Below, one piece after another: positions 26,835 through 39,895 of a stretch of 64,000 nucleotides of DNA. Position 1 is the first letter of the stretch. Every line of letters starts with the position of its first letter. Source of the DNA: Octopus vulgaris (taxonomy: Eukaryota); NCBI GenBank assembly GCA_951406725.2, contig OX597819.1, forward strand, positions 72,788,001 to 72,852,000, in the 5' to 3' direction. The notes under the pieces are model-generated. The model saw nothing but the letters and a program-made list of their open reading frames with translations, was not told the origin of the DNA and searched no databases. Position numbers and translations under genes: made by a program.

Positions 26835-27407
26835 TGGGTTATCTCAGTCCGTCCATCTATTCATTCATTCATTCATCCATCCATCCATTTTCTCGTCCCA
26901 TTGTTCCTGGAAGAGTTATTGGGGTAGTCTTCAGGCATCTTCTCCATCAGGTCCCATCACATGATTCATTATTTTCAAAATTAATTGAAACAAAGGGAGT
27001 ATATTTCAAAAGAAATATGCTAACGAAAAGGGTTCAGCTGTTTTTTTTTTTAGTAAATGCTTCATTTCAGGGTTTTCTTTTTGTTAATAAAAAAAACTAA
27101 TAATAATAATAAAAAAACCAATACAATTTGGTCTTCCTCAAAATATGAAGATATTTTCTTCCTCAAAATCATCATACATTCATTCTGAATTATGGCACAA
27201 AAGTTAACACTCTCCAGGTGGGCAATAAACATTTTATAAATGACAGTAATATCAGAAGCCTGTTCAATCAAGTTTAATACACACACACACACACAGTTAG
27301 CTAACTTCTCTGTTATAATATTGAATAACACTAAGATATTAATTGATAAAGCCAACCAAAGCCTTATGAGTGGATTTGGTAGATATTAACTGAAAGAAAC
27401 CCATTGC

Positions 27408-27443
<36 letters not shown>

Positions 27444-28149
27444 GTGTATGTGTGTAGTGTATGCGTCCCTGACATCACATGATAGTTGTTAATAAGTGTT
27501 ACTATCATGCAAGCAACTTCCTTTGTTTCCAATTTTCCAAAACAAATCTGATCATGGGGAAATATTACCTTACTTGGAAATAGGCGAGGGTTGGTGACAA
27601 GAATGGCATCCACCCATAGAAAAGCTGCCTGAACAAATTCCATCCAACCCATGGAGCATGCAAAAGTGGACATTAAAACAATCATGATGATTATGTGTTT
27701 CTGTCTTATCATGACCCTCAGCAAAACGAAACAGACTTCATAGACGAAGAGATCAATATCATAAATTGATATTCAATAGCAGGAATTTTGTGTTCTGAGA
27801 AGATACTTTTAATTCTCCTAAAAAAATAGGAGCCAAATAGTAACAGAAAGGGACACTTGCAATAGACTGCCAACATCATATTGGGTGGGTGAGATTTACC
27901 AAAACAACTTAGTACTACAAAAACAAATGTTAAATGAAGGGTCTAATAATAACCTTTGTAATTTTTGAGCAATGGCTAAAATCTGTTTCATCTCAAGCCT
28001 CAGTATTCAGAGGCTGGAAACAAGAAAGACATTTAATAATCAAACAGTTTTATGTATCAATCAAATACCAGTGTTTGTACCATGTAGACAGCTGACACCT
28101 ACTTGAAAATTTTTTTGGACATAAAAATGATATTATTATTTTCATTATA

Positions 28150-28845
28150 AAGCAGCAAGCTTGGCAGAACCATCAGCACACCAGACAAAATGCTTGGCAG
28201 CATGTTGGCCAGCTTTATGCTCTGAGTTCAAATGCTGTCATAGTTAACTTTGCCTTTCATTTTTCAGGGTTGATACAATAAGTACTGGGGGTCAATATAA
28301 TTGACTTCTCCCTCCCTTCAAAAACTGCTAGCCCTATGCTAAAATTTAAAATCGTCATCATTATTATTATTATTGTTATCATTATTATCTTTTTCTACTC
28401 TAGGCACAAGGCCCAAAATTTTTGGGGAAGAGAACAGTCGATTAGATCAACCCCAGTATGCAGGATGAAAGGCAAAGTCAATCATGGAGGAATTTGAACT
28501 CAGAACATAAAGATGGACGAAATACTGCTAAGCATTTCACTTGGCACACTAACGTTTCTGCCAGATCACCGCCTTAATATTATTATCATTATCATCATTA
28601 TTATTTACTTATTATAATCATGATTGAAGAAGTAAGCTAGCAGAATAGTTGGTGAATCAGACAAAATGCTCAGTGGGTGACATTTCTTCAAACACTTGAT
28701 GTTCCAAGCTCAAGTTCTACTGATATCAACTTTACCTCTCATAATTGCAAGATCAATAAAATAAAGTACCAGTCAAGTACTGGGGTCGATATAATCAATT
28801 AATTCCATCCCCTTAAAATTGCTGGCCTTGTGCTAAAATTGAAGC
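28150..28845. mobile_element. Three adjacent SINE family B copies in +/-/+ orientation
   Basis: Plus about 28150-28350, minus about 28389-28575, plus about 28630-28845; shared ctgagttcaaat...tttgcctttcat...aagtactggggtc; separated by (ATT)n. Confidence 0.8.
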
Positions 28846-29019
28846 ATTATCATTATTATTATCTATTATTTAAGTGGGAAACAGGCTTCAATGTATAAAG
28901 TTTCCCTTCAATATAGTAGCCTTTTTAAAAGCAACCCTTTTTAAAGATAACCACACCCTTTAAATATTAAACTTTACCTACTAAAGATGGTTATGGCAAG
29001 AATTCTATTTAAATGTAGT

Positions 29020-29470
29020 TTAATCATTTCACTACCCTGTTTCTGTTGAAAGTTGAAATACATCTGTCTTATTTCAATTAATTTTTCAAAACAATGAAGA
29101 ATTTGGTAAAACAACTTTGTTGTTATTAAACAGGTGTTGGAACATAAATTAACCTTTTAGCATCCAGATTACTCTGTCAACTGTAATGCTTGTTTATTCA
29201 CATTGTTTTGAATTAATCATGGATTATCTTGTAGTTTTGAGATTTCAAAGACATAATTATTTATTTCAAGAATGACATTGTAGGGTAATTTGAGAGGTTG
29301 AATCTGGCTGGTTTGAACATAAAACAAATAGAATATTAGTGCTAGACATGACTAGTTTAAATGCTAAAGAGTTAAAGATAACTAAGTTTTGGTGAAATTT
29401 AGATAACTTTAAAATAGGTAATTTGTACCATAACAAAATAGTCTCAGGCTAGTTGGTATCAAAAAGGTTC
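29020..29470. mobile_element. MITE-B with a nested MITE-A inserted at an internal TTAA
   Basis: Nested copy bounded by duplicated TTAA at 29149-29152 and 29372-29375; the host MITE-B sequence resumes afterwards. Confidence 0.8.
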
Positions 29471-30613
29471 AAACAAACCAGCAAACTGGATATCTTAACT
29501 CGTGGGGTATCTAATTTAACAAGAAAAGATGCCAAAAGAACATTTGTATATTGGCTCAGGTTCCCAAGAACAATTATATCTTAGTTGTAGCACATGGCTA
29601 AACATCTGATGTAAACACACAGACAGACTTGTTTTATTCTGCTATTTGTTTTAACAAAAGAGAATATTTAAAAAAGAAAAAGAATTATTGAATTGTAGAT
29701 GAATATCTACATTTGTACAACAGTGCTTTAACTCTAGACTATGTTATAAGGAAATTATATACTTGGACTTGACAAAGAAGTCAAGACTTATCTAAACGAA
29801 TTTTGTAATAATGGTGCACAAACCCAATAAGTGTTACACCTGTTTGGATTAAAGAAAGACAACATTCATTGGAAGAACAGAAACAGATACGATTAAGCAG
29901 AATTTAAGTATCATATCAGTATCTTTCTAAGTGAGTGAAAGTAACAAGAATTGGCACCAAACTGATAAAAATACTCAAAAGTAGATAGATTTACAGAATT
30001 TACAAGTCGAAACTTTTATGATTTATTTGTCTGCTGTTTGAAGATAAAAAGATAATCAAATACATGGAATGCTTAAAGCAACAACAAACTTTGCTACACC
30101 CATTTCTTTCCACATTGAACCTTATACCACTTTTATATTTGGCCCTTTCGCTGTTCAAAGTCATTAAACTATTTCAAGGTTGATACATGCCTCCTCTTGC
30201 AGTCTACCCTCTACACACTTCACTTCATTTCCTACAAGCAATTTCAAATGAATCCTATTTACATCTCATGATAATGTACAGATCATTTTTAGAGGAGAAG
30301 TGATTGGGATAAAGCAAAGCTTTTGTGACATAGATCAAGCGAAATAACCTAAACTAGGAATCAAAACTCAATAGAATCACCACTATACTTCATTAGATAC
30401 AATAACCATTATATAAGGAAGAATGTAATGCAAGGGAAATAAGAAGACAAAACTAATGAAGGGTTGAAAAGCAGGTGACATTAACTACTACCATTGGTAG
30501 AATATACAATGTAATTATTAAGGTGCTAGACCACTGGACCACATTGTCAGATGGTCAGAGTTTGCTTATTTCATCAGTCAGTCTGAGTGCTTAACAGTTG
30601 GATGAATAGACAC

Positions 30614-30970
30614 AGATATGGCTGCATAGTTAAGAAGTTCACTTCCCACAAGGTACAATTGGGTCATACTACGGTAGAAGGGTCTTCTACTATAGTTCAG
30701 AGCTGACCAAAGCCTTGGAAGTGGGTAGCTAGAAACTGAAAGCCATGCACGCACGCACATGTATGTGTGAGTGTACGTACATGTTTGTCCTTGCTTTGAC
30801 ATCACTGTCATACAAGCAGTGTCATTCACTTCCAATATTCTGTGAAAACATGTCTGACCATGCAGAAATATTACCTTGCTTGGAAATAGGTGAATATTGG
30901 TGACAAGAACATCTGGCTATAGAAAGTCTGCCTCCATAAACTCCATCCCACCCTTGTAGACAAATGATGG
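30614..30970 (+). mobile_element. SINE family A copy
   Basis: tggctgcatagttaagaagttcacttcccac...gaaactgaaagcc...ggaaataggtga. Confidence 0.75.
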
Positions 30971-31597
30971 TAATGAAATTGTAAAACAAAAATACTACAA
31001 CACTAAACTTTTCTATTATTTGATACAGAGTACCACTGAGTATTGATAATTTTAAGCAGTTAAACTAGATGAGGGTGCCAGCTCTCCATTGTAGATTCTT
31101 CTTGATCTCTGTCCATGGGGGTTCTGTATACTTAATACAATCACGTGAAGCTAAAAGACGTAGAGCGACTCATTTCACACCTCATATGTGTAGAACAAAG
31201 GAGATATCAGGTAGTGTTACCTGCTTAACCCATTTTAATTCACTGTCCTTGTTTGAGAACACTTGTATTTGGTTTGTTTACTGCAATAAAGGTTAAACTC
31301 AATGCTTTCGTATATTTGTTATCCCTATTTATATAACTATCTTCAAAATTTCGACAGGGTTAACCTGGGTTAGAATGAGTTAAGAGACAGAGTATATTTA
31401 ATTTTAGAGAAGTAGTAACTGACAGATCTACAAGTAGGCAGCTTTGTTTATCAAATTAAAAAGTTTTTCTGATATCAGAGGCACTAATTCTGAAGTACCA
31501 TCCAGGCAAAAGACACTGGCATAAGACTTAGAAGAGGCCTCTGTTGAATATGGTTCTGCAAAGCCATCGAATCAGTGGTAGCACAAAAGGTAATAAT

Positions 31598-31798
31598 ATT
31601 CTTTTCTACTGTAGGCACAAGGCTCGAAATTTTGGGGGAGGAGGCCAGTGGATTAGATCGACACCCAGTACTCAACTGGTACTTAATTTATCGACTCCAA
31701 AAGGATGAAAGGCAAAGTCAACCTCGGCGGAATTTGAACTCAGAATGTAAAGACAGATGAAATACTACTAAGCATTTTGCCCGGAGTGCTAACGTTTC
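31598..31798 (-). mobile_element. SINE family B copy
   Basis: ggatgaaaggcaaagtcaacctcggcggaatttgaactcagaatgtaaagac; CpGs retained. Confidence 0.85.
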
Positions 31799-32344
31799 AC
31801 AAAAGGTGATAATATTGACACATGCATATACATGTATGTGCATACATTCATATTATTTTCTTTTATCTTCTTTTATGTTTCAGCCATTGAACTGTGGCCA
31901 TGCTGGAGTTTTATTCAAATTGATCCTAGCACTTCTTTAAAGTCTGGTACTTATTCTAACAGTCTATTTTGCTGAACTGCTCATTTAAAGAGACATAAAC
32001 AAACCAATACCTGTTGACAAGCAGAAGAGTACAAACACACACACACACACACACACATACTGTTAAAAAAGCTGAAGCTGAAAAGGAAAACAACTCAAGT
32101 AGCACTTGCTGCAACAATTTGTGCAAATCTTTTTTATTTTATTTAAGCTTTGCAGGCAGAATGTGGCTATCAATAATACAATACAGAGACACTCATAATT
32201 TATAGGAAATAACTTAGTATTAGAAACACAGCTTCCACAGAAATGAAGACATATTCCTAGAATTATAGTTTAGTTTTATTAGTTCTTAGTTTCCATAAGA
32301 ATATTTAAACCTTTAGTATTCAGATTATTCTATCAAATGTATTT

Positions 32345-33760
32345 TTTTGACATGTTTCAGTCATTTGACTGTGGTCATGCTGGAGCAACACCTTTATTTG
32401 AAAAAAAATCAACCCCAGCACTTACTCTTTCTAGGCCTAGTACTTACACCATCAGTCCCGTTTGGCGAATCGCTAAGTTTCAGGGACATAAACACACCAA
32501 CATCGGTTGTAAAGTGATGAGGAGGAGGAGGGTCAAACACAGGCAGACACATATAAATATATATATATATAAAAAGCACCATCAAGATGTGGCTGATGCC
32601 AGCACTGCTTTGACTGGTGGTCCATGACAGTGGCACGTAAAAAGCACCAACCGATCATGGCCGTTGCCAGCATCCTGTGGCCCCTGTGCTAGTGGCATGT
32701 AAAAAGTACCCACTACACACATGGAGTGGTTGGCGTTAGGAAGGGTATCCAGCTGTAGAAACACTGCCAGATCAGACTGGAGCCTGGTGCAGCCTCCTGG
32801 CTTCCCAGACCCTGGTCAAACCGTCCAACCCATGCTAGCATGGAAAACGGACGTTAAACGATGATGATATATGTCGATTTCCAAATGTGGTCAAAGCCAG
32901 GCCCCTGTGCTGGTGGAACATAAAATGCTCCATCTGAATGTGGTCGATGCCAGTGCCGCCTGACTGGCTCCCATGCGGGTGGCACATAAAAAGCACCCAC
33001 CACACTCTCAGAGTGGTTGGTGCTAGGAAGGTCATCCAGGTGTAGAAACTTTGCCAGATCAGATTGGAGCCTGGCGCAGCCTACTGGCTTGCCAGCCCTC
33101 AGTCAAACCGTCCAACCCATGCCAGCATGGAAAACGGATATTAAACGATGATGATTATATATATATATATATATTGTTGTTTGTTCCTTCTCAAGCCATG
33201 CCTGGCTCATAGGGCCGGTTTCCCGGTTTCCATGGTGTATAGGTTCCCCACCTTGATGGGATGCCGGTCCGTCGCAGGTGAGCTGCAAGATGCAGGAGGA
33301 AAGAGTGAGAGAAAGTTGTGGCGAAAGTGTCAGCAGAAGTTCGCCATTACCTTCTGCCGGAGCCGCATGGAACTTAGGTGTTTCACTCATAAACACACAC
33401 ATCGCCCAGTCTGAGATTCGAATCTGCAATCCCCCAAACACGAGTCCGCTGTTCTAACCACTGGGCCACGTGCTTCCACACACACACACACACACACACA
33501 AACACATATACATACATATACACTATATATATATACATACATATGTACACATGCATACACACACAAACATATACATATACATATACACACACACATATAC
33601 AACGGACTTCTTTCAGTTTCCGTCTACCAAATCTACTCATGAGGCTTTGGTCAGTCCGAGGCTGTAGTAGAAGACACTTGCCCAAGGTGCCATGCAGTGG
33701 GACTGAACCCAGAACCATGTGGTTGGGAAGCATTCTACTTATCACGCAGCCACTTCTTTG
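32345..33760 (-). mobile_element. SINE A (minus) split by nested insertions in its central microsatellite
   Basis: Tail 32345-32545 and head 33597-33760 are separated by two tandem RTE tails (32570-33155, plus) and a SINE C (33174-33480, minus). Confidence 0.7.
33174..33480 (-). mobile_element. tRNA-derived SINE family C (V-SINE-like central domain), young copy
   Basis: Minus head TGGCCCAGTGG (A box) and GATTCGAATCTC (B box); cctgcgacggaccggcatccc...gaaaccgggaaaccggccc body; (AAC)n tail. Confidence 0.75.
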
Positions 33761-34367
33761 CCTGATTTAAATGTTAAAGGACTGAAGACCATTAAAAAAG
33801 GAAAACAGTAGGGAGGAAAAGAGGCAATTTTAAATAATTTTTCTTCCACAAAATTTCTTTTGCAACTTCTGCAATTTTCACCTCAAAACAAAGGAAAGAA
33901 ATGATGTGACCAAAACATTGAAAAGAGAACAGTTTAAGGAGTGTGGAGAGAGGGAGAGGAGGTGGTGGAATAGAAGGAGAGGAGGACAGAGGAAGAGGAG
34001 GAGGGGAGAGAGATGAGTGAAAGAGAAAGTGGGAGTTAGTGAGAGAGAAAGGTGAGGAGCTAGACAGAAGGAAGGAAACAGTGCGTGTGTGTGGGGGTTC
34101 TTGCAATCAAGAAAGAATTGGATTCATGCCAATTCCTATGTTTGTAGAAGTGACCAAGAATGTGTAAATATGCGCAGTATTTGTCAAAACCATTTTAGAA
34201 ATTAATATTCAAGAATCCTGCACAATGATAACAAAGTATCAAGGTCTAAGAAATTAGGTTTGGCTCCAGTTCTTTATTAAGAAGTGGATTAAAAAATAAA
34301 TAAAACTACCAAATACACAAAACTGAGAATAGCTAGATCCTTCTCTATCTTTAAAGATTGCAAGCAT

Positions 34368-35030
34368 AAGGATGGCTGTGTGGTTTTGGGTTCAATCCCA
34401 AATGACATGAAAGCCTGCCATGTGTGTGTCCGTGTTTCCCCTGCATACTAATTGACAATTGGTGTTGGTTAGTTTATGTCCCTGTAACTTAACAGTTTGG
34501 CATCAAACCATCTCCAATACTGCATCCACCCACTCATCTGCGTGGAGTCTTGCCTTGTAGGTTACTTGGTGACCTTACTGGTGCTGGTGTCCTCTGTAAA
34601 ATGTCTGGCAACAGGAAGGGTATTCAATCACAGAAACCATGCCAAAAGACACAGAAGCTTAACACAGTCCTCTGGTTTGGTGGATCCTGTTGAACATGGT
34701 TCTGGGTTCGGTTCCACAGTTTTGCACCTTAGGCAAGTGTCTTCTACTATAGCCTCAGGTTGACCAAAGCCTTGTGAATGGATTTGGTAGACGGAAACTG
34801 AAAGCAGCTCATCACACGTGCGCGCATGTGTCTGTCCCCCACCACCACTTGACAACCAGTGTTGGTGCATTTACATCCCTCCAACTTAGTGGTTCAGCAA
34901 AAGAGACTGACAGAATAAGTACCAGGCTTTACAAAAACAAATAAGTACTGGGGGTCAATTCATTAGACCAAAATTTTTGAAGGTGGTGCCCCAGAAATGG
35001 CCATAGTCTAATGACCACACAAGTAAAAAA
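34368..35030 (+). mobile_element. Compound SINE A / RTE-tail cluster
   Basis: Two SINE A segments with an intervening tail fragment; ends ccccagaaatggccatagtctaatgac. Confidence 0.7.
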
Positions 35031-35699
35031 TAAATGTGAGACAGACAGACAGACAGACAAATACACACACACGTGTGTGTGTGTGTGTAAAATAATATGT
35101 CTCTCAAGCAACTGTAAGAAACATATGATGTCGAAACCAACCTTCAGCAAGGATTCTTTCTCGTATATGAGACAGTGTGGACAGTCAACATAATTATGCT
35201 GTAACTATTTTACAGAAAGTCCTTCCTGAGACTAACCAATTAATCTTGATGTTGGAGTAAAACCAATTTTTTTATTCAAGTGACCTCAAAATAAACAAAG
35301 TTATGGCTTGCCTAAAAGCCTAAAAGTGCTTTTGCTTGATGGAGAATCACATTAACAAATGTCTTTGAAGGTTAGTCAACAATCAGATTAGCTACATGTA
35401 GTGGGTGGTTGGTTGGGTGCAGCCAACTGTAACATCAATACCTTTCCTGAGGAGATAAGTGGCAGTTACTCTGCAGCATTTAATCACTTTAGGAAGTTAG
35501 GAGATCACTGCAGTCGACTTAACTCCCATCCTTCCTTAAATTTTATTTTTTTTTTTTAAATGACAATTCAATTTGTTCTACCATAATCCTTCTAGGATTT
35601 CAAAGTTAATTTCTTTATCAATTCCACTATAAAACATTACTTTATCAAATACCATTGTTATTTTGCTATTTAATCGTTTTACATTATTTTTTTTCTCAT

Positions 35700-35790
35700 A
35701 GGTGCAGGCATGGTTGTATGCTAAGACATTGGCTTCCAACCCACATGGTTCCAAGTTCAGTCTCACTGCATAACACCTTGGGTAAGCATC

Positions 35791-35835
<45 letters not shown>

Positions 35836-36058
35836 TATATACATACAAATATATATGTCTGTTCACCACCACCACCACCTGACAACTGGTGTTGGTGTGT
35901 TTGTGTCCCTGTAACTAAATAGTTCAGTAAAAAAACTGACAAAATAAGTACCAGGCTTAAAAACTTAAGTCCTGGAGATGATCCCGTCAATTAAAAGTTC
36001 TTCAAGGTAGTACCCCAGAATGGCCACAGTCTAATGACTAAAATAAGTAAAAGAGAAA
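35700..36058 (+). mobile_element. SINE family A copy with internal (TA)n
   Basis: ggtgcaggcatggttgtatgctaag...ccacatggttccaagttcagtc; tail ccccagaatggccacagtctaatgac. Confidence 0.8.
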
Positions 36059-36689
36059 GATATACCTTGTCCCACTTTTTCCTATTAGAAGTAGGTGCTT
36101 TATTCTGTGATTAATTTTTCACCTTCCCTTAGGTGTTTGTTTGCTTTTTTTTTTAACACACAAAGCACGATGGGCCACAATTGTGGCTGTCAGGCACAGG
36201 TTGATAGGCCATAATCATGGCCCAAATAGATGCATTTAATTTATGGGCATTTGTTGGGGTCTAATGTCACTCAAACACTCCAATACCTCTCCAGAATGCA
36301 AGAGGACTAATAGTTGAACACACGACTTTTCAGATGATGTAAAACTTGCCATCATTATATACTAAGAAGATATTTTAACTATTTTTTGTTTTTTATGTGT
36401 GCATGATAGTCTCATTTTTATAAAATGTGCTCAACATTCCATGTTATGTAAGTTCAAATCCCAGCACTTTATGGGTTAATGGTTTAATCAGAGAGGAACA
36501 ATGATATGATACTCTCCATGGCATCTATGACTGTGAAGGTAGTGAAAGGAGATGATATCTTCTAATTAAGGACCTGGATTCAATATTTACAACAGAGTGG
36601 ACTCCACTGATGACCCTCAAGGGTTGGGTAATTGCGTTAAAGGAAGACGAAGGATCAAATCTACCATCCAACATCAGGAACAGTCCCTC

Positions 36690-36917
36690 TTAACACTATC
36701 ATTACCATTCTTCTAATGAAATGCACTGCCTTTGTTTCAATTCATTTAAAAAATAATAAAGAATTTAATGAAATAATTATCATTATTAATCTGTTGTTTG
36801 GAACATAATTTAACAGAAATTTTAATGGAAGCTTTGATTTAGATTACTTGAAAACAAGATGTCCGTGTCATAGAACCTGGGGTAGTCTCAAGCACATTGG
36901 CATCAAGGGGGGGTTAA
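36690..36917. mobile_element. piggyBac-type MITE family B
   Basis: TTAA ends; body cactgcctttgtttcaatt...gaatttaatgaaataatt. Confidence 0.75.
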
Positions 36918-37682
36918 TGGTATAAATATACTTAGTAAATATGAAACACAGAAAAATATGAAAATCTCCAACTTCATATTAAAAGTATACTTCACACTTG
37001 GAGGAGTGTACTCACATTTAGAAATGTGTAAATATAATGTTCAAAAATTACAATTTTATTTACATTGTAAACAGAGACTACTTCAGTGATACCTAGTTAT
37101 GAATAGGGATTTAGTCCAAAAGTGGCTTTAAAATAGATCTTCCACAAAATGTCAAATATCTAAATCTTGCTAAGAAATAAGCATCAAGTTTGCTGCCTCT
37201 CGAGCAGCTTTTCAGCTAGCTCCTGTGGAGGGCTCTTCATTGGGCCTTGGGCTCAACAATGACACTTCATGCATTGAGTATATATTAAATTTTATTAAAC
37301 TTGACCAATAATTTGTCAACTTGGAACTTATTGCAAAGCTGCATGATAAACAACATTTTTTGTCTTCCCATTCGGCAGGGTCAGTACAATTTTTTTTTTT
37401 ATCTAACCGCTTTCTTTCTCTCTCTCTTTTTCTGTTGATTGTTTTCAACCATCACCAGTACCATTGCCACCACAACTGCCATACACACACCATTCAGACT
37501 TCTCACGCCACCACCATCAATACTTTTGACTTCACTGCCTTCCCCTCCACAACCATCACCACTGTCTTTCACATCACTTACTATCACCACCATCCTTGAC
37601 TACCTCAGCTGCCACCACCACCACCACCACCACCTCTATCACAACTACAGCTCATACTATTACTATCACCCAGTAATAGATA

Positions 37683-37719
37683 GAGGGCAGTAGTAGATTG
37701 TCAATCTACTACTGCCCTC
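37683..37719. repeat. Perfect 18-bp palindrome with 1-nt centre
   Basis: GAGGGCAGTAGTAGATTG-T-CAATCTACTACTGCCCTC. Confidence 0.9.
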
Positions 37720-37929
37720 ACCGTCTCTATGCCTACTATTACTCTCACCGCAACATGAAGAATAGTAGAAGTGTCATTGAATAGTGAGGGGAGGGGGTTC
37801 AAAGTGTGACACACTGACACACAGAAATTCATTTTGGCATTTTTATTATAGAATTGCCATTTTTATGACTCCCAGACACCCATATTTTACTGACAATAAG
37901 GTAGTTCCTGGACATTTCTGTCTCATGTT

Positions 37930-38170
37930 CCAGGACTTCTAGCATTGGTTGCCTGGTTTCCATAGCATCTTAAGTGGCAGAGGTCAATCACAACATTCCC
38001 CACTGAACTGGACACCAGTTCATCACAGGGAGATTCATTTACAGCAAAGTGAGCTGGAGCAACATGAAGTAAAGTGTTTTGCTCAAGAACACAATGCATT
38101 GCTTGGTCCAGGAATTGAAATCATGACCTTACAATCATGAGGGCAACACCCTAACCATTAGGCCATGTAC
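37930..38170 (-). mobile_element. tRNA-derived SINE (octopus OK-type-like)
   Basis: gagctggagcaacatgaagtaaagtgttttgctcaagaacacaatgc...ctaaccattaggcc; related to 42900-43025 and 57960-58090. Confidence 0.7.
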
Positions 38171-38624
38171 CTTTGCTTACTGACAATATTATTAGAAGGC
38201 AACTGATGAAGGTAAAATTCAACAACAATTGCAATCTTAAAGATAAATTAAATTAGCATATTAAATCATTACTCATTAATTAAATTCCAAAGTAGAAAAT
38301 ATTTTTTAAAAAAAGCCACAGCTAAAAATTCTATATAAAACAATTTGTTTAGAAAACATTAATTTGCTCCTCTGAAATGTTTCTAAGTAAAATGTGAAGA
38401 TAATAAACAGCAACATTAATTTATGAAATGATGGATGGGTCTATTTCATCTCTTTTTTTCTGATTTGCTGCTGGTGAAGTGACAGTAAACTGAGAAGGAT
38501 TCATAACAGCAAAAGAATTCATAGACTTTAAGCAGTTGCAAGTAAACAGATGCTCGTTCTATGAGAAGAAGCAAAATTCTGATGACAGGGAAATTTGTTT
38601 AATAACGGTACAATTCATCAACCC

Positions 38625-39261
38625 CATTTTAACATCTACTTTTCTATGCTTCCATGGATTGAATGGACTTTAATGTAACAGAGTTTCTACAGCTGGATGC
38701 CCTTCCAGTTGCCAACCCTCGCCTGTTTTCAAGCGAGGTAATATTTCCCCACGCTCATACATGTTTTTGCAGCAGACTGGAAATGAAAGAATGACGCTGT
38801 TTGTATGACAGTGGAACTCATTTACAACTACCATACAAAGAGACACAAACAGTCATACACAGACAAAAGACAGGTTTCTTTCAGCTTCATCCAACAAATC
38901 CACTCCCAAGACTTTAACCAGCCCAGGGCTATGATAATACTTCCTCAAGATGCTACACAGTGGGATTGAACCTAAAACTGTAGGGTAGAGAAGCAAATAT
39001 CATAACCACACACCAACAGCCGCACAATTATTATCAGAAATTAATATATTCTTTTATTCTTTCTATTATTTGTTTCAATCATTTGACTGTGGCCATGCTG
39101 GAGCATCACCTATAGTCAAACAAATCGACCCTTGGACTTATTCTTTGTAAACCTAGTACTTATTCTATCAGTTTCTTTTGCCAAACTGCAAAGTTACAGG
39201 GATGTAAACACACCAACATCGGTTGTCAAGCAATAGTGGAGGGACAAACACACACACACAA

Positions 39262-39293
<32 letters not shown>

Positions 39294-39450
39294 GATGGGC
39301 TTCTTTCAGTTTCCATCTACCAAATCCACTCTCAAGGCTTTGGCCAGCCTGAGGCTACAGAAGACACTTGACCATGGTGCAATGCAGTGGGACTGAACCT
39401 GGAACCATGTCGTTGGGAAGCAAGCTTCTTACCACACAACCACTCCTGCC
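38625..39450 (-). mobile_element. Two consecutive SINE A copies (about 38625-39025 and 39068-39450)
   Basis: cagtgggactgaacctggaaccatg...caagcttcttaccacacaaccactcctgcc reverse head. Confidence 0.85.
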
Positions 39451-39856
39451 TGACAAATGAATCAACACAGAAGCAAGAAACCAATTCTAAAACCATCATC
39501 GCCGTCGTCGTCACAAGTGCATAATGATTTAGTTGTTATATCTATCTCCTACGTTAAAATCCATTCATCAAATCAGATTTATTTAGGCAAGTCAAAAATT
39601 TGATAATTTATCATGTTACGTATTATCAACACATCAAGTTTAACCAGTGTATAACTTTATGTAAAGCATAATATATTCAGCGCAATCAAAATTTACTATT
39701 TAAAATAAACGAGGAAATATATTACTTGTAGCACATAAAATATCTGCACCATTAGTAATACATATAAATATTGTTACGTAGCTATCAAGTGCCATTGTTG
39801 AAATAATATCACACAAAGAGTTGAAGTGCTATGTCCTTTGTCTTTACTTAGTAATT

Positions 39857-39895
<39 letters not shown>

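Noticed and set aside
33400-33480. tRNA gene on the minus strand
   Set aside because: Continues directly into a SINE body and tail; cloverleaf degenerate
37190-37852. Possible non-autonomous Helitron on the minus strand (5' TCTATAATAAAA, GC hairpin near 37192-37208)
   Set aside because: No clean CTRR terminus after the hairpin and no A|T target site; support too weak
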